From: Antedon mediterranea
Lineage: Eukaryota > Animalia > Echinodermata
NCBI RefSeq assembly: GCF_964355755.1
Contig: NC_092673.1
Span: forward strand, 18,163,648-18,227,647
Reading direction: 5' to 3'
Length of the DNA: 64,000 nucleotides
Within the stretch, counting starts at the first letter, position 1; each line of letters begins with the position of its first letter. The translations under genes and the position numbers were made by a program. Positions 36,212 through 48,189 of the stretch are shown here, piece by piece. The notes beneath the pieces were generated by a model. It searched no databases. It saw nothing but the letters and a program-made list of their open reading frames with translations, and had not been told where the DNA came from.

Positions 36212-37574
36212 TTTGTTATATTTATAATAATGTACACTAATTTGTTATTGAGCTATGGAGAATTTTTTTTTTTTCCCAAAATAAAAGATGAATGAATGAA
36301 TGAATGATAACTATTAATGATGTGCAATTGTCAGTCTGTGTTAACTGTCACCCTTTTTAATTCATATTTTGCGATATCAACGTTGTCATCCTTCATACTG
36401 CATTTTGGTTAAAGTGTGGCCTAACTGTACTTAATAAGCCTAACAATAAATAGAATAAGTCAATTCACATTAATATTTTGTTCTTTCTTTTCTAAGTTTG
36501 CAAAATTACAAAAACAAAACATGACAAACACATATGTGTTTGTTCTGTTTTGTTTTTGTAATTTTGAACATATTTACATTAATTATAAATAACTAACATG
36601 TGCATATTATGCAAATGAGACCAGGTAAACGGAAGTACAGAACAATGTTTGAATATAATGAATTGAATAAATTGTAAATTTTTTGTACGGAACTGAATTA
36701 TATTTTTTATATGAATGAATTTATAATACCTATTTGTTAAAAATGAAATATTTTATATTTTGATATTTTGATATTTTAATTCAATTTTGTAGGCCTAAAT
36801 TAAAACTCAATTAAGTATTTATGCTGCTGTGTTTTAATGTTTATATTCATATATTTTTAAATAAATAGGTGAATGAAAAGCTTTTGTTTGTTTGTAAGGA
36901 TTGTGTGTTTGTTTGGAAAGGGGAGATTTTAACATCGAGGATATCATTATACTGTATCAAAATGTACGTGGTTTGCTATTCATCGTATATTATACAAAAT
37001 ATCCATTCCACCAATCCAGAGAGTAATAAAGTTCTTCGATATATTACACATATAATGTTACGTAGACAAATAGTGGTTGCGCCCTCTATAAAAAATAAAA
37101 GTTTATTCACCCACCAACAAACCACTCACAACATGTCGAAGAATGTCAAACACAAGAAGTAAGTTTTTGTTTCATAATTTTATCATATACCATATCATAT
37201 ACGGTATACGGTATATACTGTATCCTAGGCCTGCCTACTTAGTACTATATTATATCAGCCTAGATAGGCCTAGCTAGGCTAGTTCTAAGTAGCTGGGGCA
37301 GGCCCTACCTCTAGCTATCAAAAAAGGCTTTTTAGTTGGCCTAGGAGTAGAAAGCTGAGGGAGTCTCCACGAATACCGTCTCCACAACATGTCGTTAGAG
37401 AACAGATATCAACTGCATTGTGATTGGTCCTAAGACGAACATAAACACATGGATGGATGAGGTTGTTTTAAAGGGGGATTCTGGGTTTAAAATTGCTTTT
37501 AAATATCGTTTTTTATTAAATAAAAAGTATTATAACTAGGCCTAGGCCCCGGGGGGGTCACTCTTAAATATTTC

Positions 37575-39650
37575 GGATCAGGTGCCGTTTTCGGCCACCT
37601 CGACTTATATGGACTATACCATTATTATGATAGGGGTGTGGTGTTTTATGTAGAGAAGGGTGTCTATCAAATGGGAAGACAATACAATTGTTCTGTTATG
37701 TAACCTACAGCAGTACAAACTACAAGGAACAATACAAAACATCAACAACTAGCAAGCATGTACTTTTTATAAGGCATGTTATTATTAGGGAATGCCAAGA
37801 TTTTGTAACAATATTACTATATTATTATTAAGTATACTTACTTATTATATATAAAAACCATGGAGTAATCTTTACTCCATGATAAAAACTAAACACTACA
37901 GTATAATCAAAATTAAAGCATATTAAATACTAGGCCTATGTTATGCCTATCTAGATTTAAACACATTAAATTTTAGTACAATCGGATTCAAAATTAGAAT
38001 TAATCTTAAATACTACAATACAATCGGTATTAAAACATGTTAAACTACAGTACAATCGGAATCAAAACATATTTAAAACTACAGTACAGAACAGAATTCA
38101 AACATCCTAAATACTACATTACAATCGGTTAAATTACCTAAACTCTATAATGTTGTGAAATATTTAAAAGAATGTTGGCAAATGCATTCTAATCGGCCCA
38201 ATCCTATCGGTATAGATAAACTATATTTTTTATTTGCAAGGGATAAATCCCAACAACATGAATTTGAACCCAAGAAATGGCATCAGTAAAACGAACATAA
38301 TTGAAGATTCATTGACAGAAACGTTTTCTTTTTTTGTTGTCATTGTTTGGTCAGTTTTGTGAAGTTGTGAAATTAATAAATTTAAAAAAAATAATAACAA
38401 ATTATAAAACAAATTCAGTTAAGTATGATGTTTGCACACCGAGAGACGCACCCCCTGGCGCATATACCCATGTGGTCCTTCGTCAGTATTCATCCAGATC
38501 CAGAAACGATTGTAGATACAGAAACAAAATGGTAACAGATTCATTGACGACATAATTATATGTATTTTTATTTTACAACGACTCGGCTATAGTTGGACTT
38601 ATAACAACAATTATTCTCTGTACCTTTCTGAGATTATTCGATTTACCGATTATGGCAACAATTTTCTTGAACTAAACATAAATAAAACAAAAGAAATAAG
38701 GATTGATTTTCGAAAACATAATTGGTCTGACAGTACATCAATTAAATGAAAGGAGACTGTTAACAAATATAAGTAAATGGGTGGACATGTTGGTCATAGT
38801 TAAGAACTTAAATACAATTAGACTGTACTGCTTTAAAGGAAACTTGGTTCTTTGGGGTAAAGTAGGATATTTGTACTATAGAATGTTTATGTTTTACTAA
38901 TCAGTGATGTTCTATTGGAATTTCGTTCTATTTGGGCATATTGTATATTGGGCTGGGAATATCAGTAAGGAAATGTAAGGGGATAAAGACCGAATTGAAA
39001 AGGTGTGCTACGTTGTTCAATTAGAACATGTATTTATACACACTACAGAAACGTTTAAAAACGTGTTTCAAACGTTTTAGAAAAACCAAACCTAAAAACA
39101 CGCAATGTCAAACGCTGTGTTTTCTGGGAACAAAATGGTACAGATTCAATGACAAAATTATAATGTTTATTTGTTTTACTAATTACCTAATAATCAGTAT
39201 GTTATAGATCTTGTTAAATGTACTACTGTCATCTTTATTAAATGTACTACTGTACTGTGTTATCGTTAGATAAATTATATTTTTTATTTGTAACTGGAAT
39301 AAAAACTAATTTCTTTATATACTATATCTATAAATCCGTAAAAATTATTCAATATCCACCTTAGGGAATCCACCTAATATATTAAGAAAGGATACCTAAA
39401 AATGATATAGAAATAATTAGAACCATAATATACTGTATTAACTTGAAAACTGAAATTAATTCTACAGCGTGCAGGGCGTAGTTGTTTTCCCTTTGTTGCT
39501 AAAACATAATGCACTAAACAAAAGAACAAAAGAAGCAGTATTTTAACACATTAACACACTCAATTAATAAATGTGACACCCCTATTTTCCCATCTTTTTA
39601 TAATGGTATAGTCCATACAAGTTGAGGTGGCCGAAAACGGCACCTGATCC
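37575..39650. mobile_element. Non-autonomous TIR element with GG..CC ends and an 8-bp TSD (Merlin-like)
   Basis: TIR ggatcaggtgccgttttcggccacctc.actt.tatggactataccatta and its reverse complement at 39601-39650. TSD AATATTTC at 37567-37574 and 39651-39658. Confidence 0.8.
38600..39330 (+). mobile_element. Highly degenerate 3' LINE fragment (Rex1/Babar-like)
   Basis: 38664-38716 translates as FLELNINKTKEIRIDFRK, matching the L.LN..KTKE..VDFR RT thumb motif. An AATAAA-containing tail lies near 39300. Confidence 0.55.
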
Positions 39651-41271
39651 AATATTTCCATACGGGAGGAGGTGCCGCATTTACGGGTATATTTTCGAGG
39701 GCCTGGTAGCACAAATATTGGGAGTTGGTAGCACAAGTGTGGGAAATGACAGGGTGAAATTAGTAGTTTAAGTCCCTGGCCCGCCCACCCGTGTCAAAAT
39801 TTCACGATTTATCGCTAAATTTTGCAGGAATTTTAGCTTACTGGATGCTATAAGCCCGGCTATATAAGCCCATCGCGGGGCCCATCGCTAAATACCTTTT
39901 AATAGAGTTTTCCCCGAGAGTTTTCGCATCATCAGTATAACACGAAACATAGCTGGCCTAGGACAAAATCATTCAACTGTGAACGCTCTTGATCATCGGT
40001 GGTGTGCACCACCGCAAACGCGTCAAAATTTGCCATGAACGGTGGAGGTCTCTTTGGCTATGCGCAGATCATGCTGGGAACCAGTACAAATATTGCGCCC
40101 TCTCTGGCGTGGCCTTGATTTTGGTAAATGGTAGTTCAAGTCCGTAGTATTTTTCAGTAAAACAGGTAGCGCAAGTGCCTCATGTCTTGAAGTGACTGCG
40201 GCACCCCCTTGTTTGGTTTATATACAAAACCCGGGGCCTAGGCCTATACTTACTATATATACAAACTAAACTAAACACTACAGTATATACATACAATCGG
40301 AATGAAAACATGTTAAACTACAAAACAACTAAACTAAATATCACAATCGGACGAGCATAATTGAAGATTTATTGACATAATTATGTTTTTTGTTTGTTTT
40401 ACTGATCACCTGATACATTTACATTAAATGTTAAGTGTAAATAAATGAAACGAATGTAGATACAGAAACAAAATCATAATGGTAACAGATTCATTGACGT
40501 AATTACCGGTATATGTTTATTTGTTTTACTGATTACCTGATACATTTACATTTAATGTTAAATGTAAATAAATGAAACGAATATAGTACCGTAGTTAAAC
40601 GAAATTGTAACAGATTCATTGACGTAATTATTATGTATGTTTGCTTTACTGATCATCTGATAGCCTACATTTACATTTAATGTTAAATGTAAATAAATGA
40701 AACGATTGTAGATACAGAAACAAAATGGTAACGGATTCATTGACGACATATTTATGTATTTTTGTTTTTTGTTTTACGACGACTCGGCTATACTAGTTGA
40801 ACCTATTTTCCCATCTTTTTATAATGGTATAGTCCATACAAGTCGAGGTGGCCGAAATTGTTTTGTTTTGATCCTATTGTTTTAATGGCAGGTCTTTCTT
40901 AAGAAGGGCCTAGACCTAGACTTTTTTTATTTAGCCATGCTAGGCCTAGGCCTAGCCTATACAGACAGCCAATACGGCGCTAGGCCTACGCCCATAATAC
41001 TAGTAACTAGGCCTAGCCTAGGCCTACTAGCTAGGCCTAGTAGTACTGTACGTAGAGAGGCATTAGGGCCAGGCCTAGCCTTCTACCTAGACCTACTATT
41101 CTCTTTTAGTCTAGACCCTTGTACTAGGCTAGCCTAGTAATAATGATGTAAGACGATCAGAGAAACTTAAACCAATAGACGATTTTCGTGCTACGGAAGC
41201 CATCTTGCAGAATATGTACAAAAAATAAAAAATATATTTAGATTATTAAGATAATAAATGTTTGCTGATGT

Positions 41272-41539
41272 CTTTAATATGACTGTATAGTCCCCTGGAC
41301 CAGTCCAGATCAAATGTGAGATAACAAATTACCTACAGTCTTTAATGACTGTGTATAGCCCCCTGGACCAGACCAGATTAAATGTGAGATAACAAATTAC
41401 CTACAGTCTTTAATATGACTGTCTATAGCCCCCTGGACCAGACCAGATCCAATGTGAGATAACAAATTACCTACAGTTTTTAATATGACTGTCTATAGCC
41501 CCCTGGACCAGACCAGATCAAATGTGAGATAACAAATTA
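41272..41539. repeat. Minisatellite, ~70-bp unit x4
   Basis: atgactgtctatagccccctggaccagaccagatcaaatgtgagataacaaatta. Confidence 0.9.
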
Positions 41540-41864
41540 GGCCTAAAGAGATCTGTGGAGCCCAAAAGTCTTTTTAGTATGACTTTGAAGCCCCCAAAAC
41601 ATTTTTTCATAGCTTTCACTCAATCACCATACTACTGTACTGTTATTGAGATTAAATAGTAAAGTTCATTAATAATGGATACAAAAGAAACATATTGTGG
41701 TTTTGGTTTACAAGTTGAAATAATTAATTAGGCCAAACAAAATATATTGTTAAGTTACCACTCTTCCCTGATTTTTTTAGCCTCTTCTCTTTTTCTTTTC
41801 TGAGGGACAACAAAATAACTAAACAATTACGATAAATCATTACATTTTATTTTACCAACAGGAA

Positions 41865-42006
41865 CGATTTTATTGCATTAAATAGTTTCTTAAAGTTGAA
41901 AATATATGTATAGTGATTCATTTGTTCATGTTTGAAGGAATTAGTATCACTTTATTTCAAGATGGTAGCATGAAACAATGTTGATGACCTATTAAAGCAT
42001 AGTACT
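41865..42006. repeat. Dispersed repeat, with a direct copy at ~45484-45635
   Basis: ttttattgcattaa...atagtgattcatttgtt...atggtagc...gatgacctattaaa...atagtac occurs in both places. Confidence 0.65.
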
Positions 42007-45000
42007 TTAGTAAAAAAAAAAAAACGCCCTTGATGCTTAACAATTTTGACCTTATAAAACAGGTATTCTAAAATGTGAAACCTCAATAATATATAGAGTA
42101 TGATTTAAACACTAGCATTCGTTTCCTTTCTTTTTGAATAATTGAAGTTGTGAATATGTTTTAACTTCCTGTTTTTGCAGTTAAATATTTTGCAAGATTG
42201 TTTGAGGAAGTCAGTATTGTATTTGGTGAATATTCATTTATTTATGGTCAAACACAGTAAAATATTGTACATTACATGGTTTGAAATTATTTTCGTTTAA
42301 AAAAAAATATAAAAATCAGTTAAAAAGGTTAAAATTTGGTAAATACAGATAAAGCATATATAAATTCAGATAAAATACATCATTTAAAATACAAAATACA
42401 AAAGATTGGTGTGTGTAGTAATGGAATAGCATAAAATGACTACTGTTTCCATGTTTCATTAAATTGCCTCATTGCAGTAGGGAGAAACAAGTTTCTCATC
42501 CTGTTGGTTTTCCATCTTGGGTACGGTACACTAAACGCCTTGACAATTGCTAAAAAATCACTCACTTGAACCGCATGAGCGCGCAGTAAGCTCTCTATTT
42601 GTTAGAGAAAGAAGGCAGGGTTTTTAGTCACAATAACGATTTAGATTTATCTGCCAATAGTGATATCGATGTTTCACAAATATGTAGTATATTATGCTAT
42701 TGAAATTAGTAAATTTTAGGTCATAATTTATTATTTCAAGCCCAGCTAGGCCTTCCTCTAGTAAGCCAGCCTTCAATTGGGCGAAAACATGCAGCCTGTC
42801 CACCAGGCTACGAACGAGATAGGCTAGTTTGTCTAGCCTAGGCCTAATATCGTCAAATGGTCATGATTAGCATGTCAAATGTCCACAAAATGATACTATT
42901 TATTTAGTATTCTTTCAAATAAATACAACTTGTAATGCAAACTTATGAACCAGAAAAAAAATGTTGTATTTTGTTTGTAATAGTCTCTGATTTCCTACAT
43001 ATTTAAATAACTGTACAGGAAGTAATATATAGAACATTACATTATTGTTTCAGGTGCTGAAGGGTTAAGGGGGTGATTTATTATTTATTATTTTATTAGC
43101 TGCCTTCACTATCCAATCAATGTATATGTCATCTACTATAGTGTAATTAATTGTATAAACAGCCCCTTTAATTTAATGATATATTCAGCTTTCATCATCT
43201 ATGCCATTTTCATCTATTCTATTTTCATCATCTATTCATCATTGATAGAAATTTCATTGATGCAATTTTCATCATAACCAATAACTTGCGTAAGCGACGT
43301 TTCATAGATTCTGGTTTCACCAAAATATGTTCCGCTTGATGTTAATGAAAAGTTTTCAGTTATGACATCGAAGAGAGCTTTGTTGTACAATCTTCATGGT
43401 AAATTCAAGCTAATTTACTACTGATGTTTATACTATGTACTGTATGCTGGTTTTGCATAAAATTGCATATAAGCAAGCTGCATCACTTTAATCGTCCCTA
43501 GATAATTATACTAATTTATCAAACTAAATGATATTAAAGCTTGTTAATATTTTATTTATTATATGTAGTAAAAATTATTTTCACAGCATAGGTTTATAGT
43601 ATTACTGTATGTTGACCAGGTTTATATAAGATGTTCTATCCACAAATTTTAGAGAATGGCAGGCACTAAATCAACAGAAACAAAAGTAACATTGATAAAA
43701 AAAAAAGATTCTTGACAATCACAACAGGTTCAATGCAGATCACTTAACCTTAAAGAAGGCAAGACTGATTGAGGAAGTAATGTAATTCACAAAGTAAAGA
43801 AATAGGGTGTTGGCCCTTGGTATAACAATAAGCATCTTATAATAGGCAGCTTCTATGATTGGACTGTGCAATTTTGAATGTAATGTTATTTTATCATGTA
43901 TGTTTCTTTAGATTCAGTGTGTAAATGTGAGTTGTAATAGTATAGTTATTTATTTCATTTTATAATACTGTATTTTTACTTGTTGTAATTGTACAATGAT
44001 CGTTTAGTATCAAACAGTATTTATACAAATAATTAATGTTTTATATTCTAATGGTACAAACAATCGCATCTAGTGTTAATATGTCAACAAATGACCAAAC
44101 AATCCTAGGCCTATGCTATATGCTAAAGCACCTATAGGCCTAGCTAGTAATAGCAATTGGCCTAGCAAGGTAGAAAAGCAGCAATTCTATTACGAAATTT
44201 CGACAGGCAACTGAAACTTATCTACTAATTCTAAAAACTAACTAAAGGATTGACTAATTCTGGTTTTTTTCCCCAAGATTTCATGTCTTGTAGAGATTCA
44301 ATTCAATTCAAATAAACATTTATTTCTTTCATTCATATTTGAGTAAAAACATTATAATTTCTGATATTTTATAAATAAATATTTTTTTTTTAGAGATATA
44401 ATACAGTAAATCATAATGTATAAAAAAAAAAGATGATTCAGTTATAATTATATACAAAATGAAAGAGGCAAAAAAACCCAAGAAAGTATCGATCAATTGG
44501 AAACAAAAATCCAATTGAAACTTGTATGTTGGGAAGCCATGTAAGAAGATTATACTTAAATATATAAATGTAAACATATAACTACACATACACATCATTG
44601 TTGTCATCATTATTGTAGTCAACAACAATACCATCATTCAATTCAATTTAAAGATTAAGAGATTAATTAAATTAAAATCATAAAAACAATCTAAAGCTAT
44701 AAATTGAATTGCTTTTTTTGTCTAATTTAATACATGTATCTCAAACCATAGAGATATTTCTATAATCTATGCTCAAACCTGCCAACTTTTTCAGTGGCCA
44801 ATGCATGAGACATTAAATTAAATTGTATATAGCGCCCTCTATGTTATAATAACTTGAAAAACGCCCTGAGCTGTATGTTAAATTTTTCGCCGAATTGAGT
44901 TTGGCTTTCCTGTACTACTATCAATTCCAGTTGATAAAGTAAGTGTTAATAATAACTAAATATGAATATCAATCAATATGTTATTACAAAATAGAAAAAA

Positions 45001-47195
45001 AAATCATTAGAAGAATGTTGTAAACATTTAAAAATAAATCACTTTGGGAATTGACAATTTAATGATTATCATTGTCAAATTGACCTTATAATATATTTTC
45101 ACATTTAATTTTTCCTTTTCTCTTCATGTCAAGCAATTTCTGTTATTTTCTTTATTACGTCTGTCTAATGAGTGAGTTCTCTCCTTTCAATTAGTTTAGT
45201 ATGTCAACTTCAGATATTTGGGTAGTCTACAGGTAGGTTCTAAAATATGTTTTGACATAATGTTAGTAAAAAGATAAATATATTGCCACATAAGGCGTTT
45301 CATACATATAATGCTAATTGATCGATCATCGGAAAAAAACGCAGTAGTTTCCAAACAAAAATTGAAACGCTATCCGGTGGACTAACATAAAAAAGAGAAT
45401 ATAAACTACAGACTTGGGGCAAGTCGTCTAATATTTGGGCAACTAATCTTTGTTATGGATGATTTTACCAATGTACAGAAACAATTTTATTGCATTAAGT
45501 ATTTTTTCCTATAGTTTAAAATATATGTACAGTATAGTGATTCATTTGTTGATGTTTGAAAAATGAAAGAGTTGGTGTCAGTTTATTTCAAAATGGTAGC
45601 TAAATCAATGTCGATGACCTATTAAATATAGTACACCCTTCCTCCCCTGAAATTGACGATTAACAAGTATATACTTATTTAAACTTTACAATCAGTTGTG
45701 TTAATAATTAATGCATTTTATGTTAAAGGCCAAAACCCGAATGGCGAAAGCTGATTTGTTTTGGTCTTTTTTGTCATAATTGTTAAAGTTTTTATATTAT
45801 ATTATGAGAGTGACAAATAAAGTATTTACACAAATATATATTTTGGCCTTATGTGTACAATATAAATGTTAAAAAAAGATATTCAAAGTTTACTTTCAAG
45901 TCGCTAACATTACAAAGAATCTACAATTTCTTTTTAAAGAATTGTAGCCAATTTTAAAAAAATGTCCTAAATAGGATAGTTTTTGCAGTTTAAAAATGTA
46001 ATGTTGTTTACTACACCAACATGAAGGAAATAAAAAAGATTACATTATTTATTTCCTCCATGATATCATAGTGTGCCTTGCTATTGTGTGTACATTCTTT
46101 TATTGACTTAACCTTGACTGGACAATATCCAGATGCCAATTGTGTAGTAAAATGGCATCATATGCTCTAGTTAACATGTTCTTTACAAAAGGTTGTTCTT
46201 TGTTAATATGAAGTATATAGAAACTACTTACTGTATAATAATATAAGGTTGTTCTTTGTTAATATGAAGTATATAGAAACTACTTATAATAATAATATAA
46301 GTTGACAACTTATATTTTCTGTTATTTTTTAGTATGCAAGACTGACTCTCAAAGTCATGTGATACACAGAACGCTGTAAACTAGGTGTTGGCACTTAGCA
46401 TAACAATAAACACCTTTGACGATGGACCAGGGAATGGAGGAATATTCAGACATGAACCTACAAGGGTAAGTTATGGTTACCAATACCACCAACTCTTTAT
46501 GAATTTATTGTTAGTGACTGTGTGTGTTTTTATTTCATTACAGTAATTTGACGTTTTAAGCTCTTTGTCATTTGAAGGTTACAAATAAACAGTACAGGTA
46601 AACAACACAAGACACATAAATTTTGCTTGATCTAATCCAGCAGAAGTATGTAGTGTGAGAACAAATTACAATTTTCATCTTCATTCAGTAACACCAGCAT
46701 ACAGATGCAAGTTAATTGTCGTAGCCTTTAATGTTTCTGTCTGATGGGATTATATTTTATACATGCTGTATGTATGAAACACACACAGTGATGTTGAAAT
46801 ATAAAATGTTTCTGCTGGAATAGCTTTCATTATGTATACATTTTCACCAGTTTTATGTTCAACAGTCTGATGATACTGAAGTTTCCATTCCATTTGTATA
46901 TCCAGTAAACAATTGATTATTATCAGTATTGCCTTTGTACCACACAGTTACTGTGACACAAACAATTGGTATTTTTTGCATTGCTAATGTTTTGAATACA
47001 ACACACATATTAGGAATTAATGATGATTCGCACTAGTTTCTTTTATTTCCTGAAAATTATTTGTAAAGCTCTGTCTACACCACCATATATGGACATGATG
47101 AGGTCATATCACTACCCTATTTGAGAACATAACAATTTCTTTGTCAAGTTTGATATTGTAGACAGAGCTGTGGTTTGTCTAACAAAAGCTATGTA

Positions 47196-47617
47196 TTTAA
47201 TAACCTCAGGCTACAGAGTTGGAGATATGAACATTTAATAACCTCAGGCTACAGAGTTGGAGATATGAACATTTAATAACCTCAGGCTACAGAGTTGGAG
47301 ATATGAACATTTAATAACCTCAGGCTACAGAGTTGGAGATATGAACATTTAATAACCTCAGGCTACAGAGTTGGAGATATGAACATTTAATAACCTCAGG
47401 CTACAGAGTTGGAGATATGAACATTTAATAACCTCAGGCTACAGAGTTGGAGATATGAACATTTAATAACCTCAGGCTACAGAGTTGGAGATATGAACAT
47501 TTAATAACCTCAGGCTACAGAGTTGGAGATATGAACATTTAATAACCTCAGGCTACAGAGTTGGAGATATGAACATTTAATAACCTCAGGCTACAGAGTT
47601 GGAGATATGAACATTTA
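47196..47617. repeat. Perfect minisatellite, 38-bp unit x11
   Basis: atttaataacctcaggctacagagttggagatatgaac. Confidence 0.95.
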
Positions 47618-48189
47618 AAATCAGACAAGATAGTATCAGACAATTTGATAGCTATAAAGATGTATTATTCCCCATTTAAAAATAATAATTAATTTTTTTT
47701 GTTGAATGCCATTTTAATGTCCCATAATAGGTATCCACTTTGACCAAAAGTTTAATTGAAAACATTTTTTTACCTGAAAAAATGGTAATTTAAAGCAAAA
47801 ATTAATCAATTTGGCTGCCAGCCAATGGTTTTTGTGTAAAGTGAAAACGTTATTTCTTTCTTTTTTTTTCTACAGAAGTGATTAACTTTATTAAAACTAC
47901 AAAATAACCCGCTATTCAAAGTCTGATTTAATTAATCTTCATTTTTCATGTTTTTGGGTGACAATCTTTAAACAAATATTTTAACAAAATGACATTGTTG
48001 TGAGTATCAGTAGCTGTATCTCAATGTACACATATAATAAGCAAAAGCTAAATCCAAACGACAAAGTAAAACAGCCAGCATCAGAAACATCTATATTATG
48101 GTATATTTATAAACTTCAATAGGAATTTATAGAGATACAGATAGTTTACATACCAGGAAATATTAAATGTTTACCTTTTATATTTTCAG

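Larger units (their letters stand above)
37548..40235. mobile_element. Non-autonomous element with CCCGGG termini and an 8-bp TSD (hAT-like), interrupted
   Basis: TSD GCCTAGGC at 37540-37547 and 40236-40243. Confidence 0.65.
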
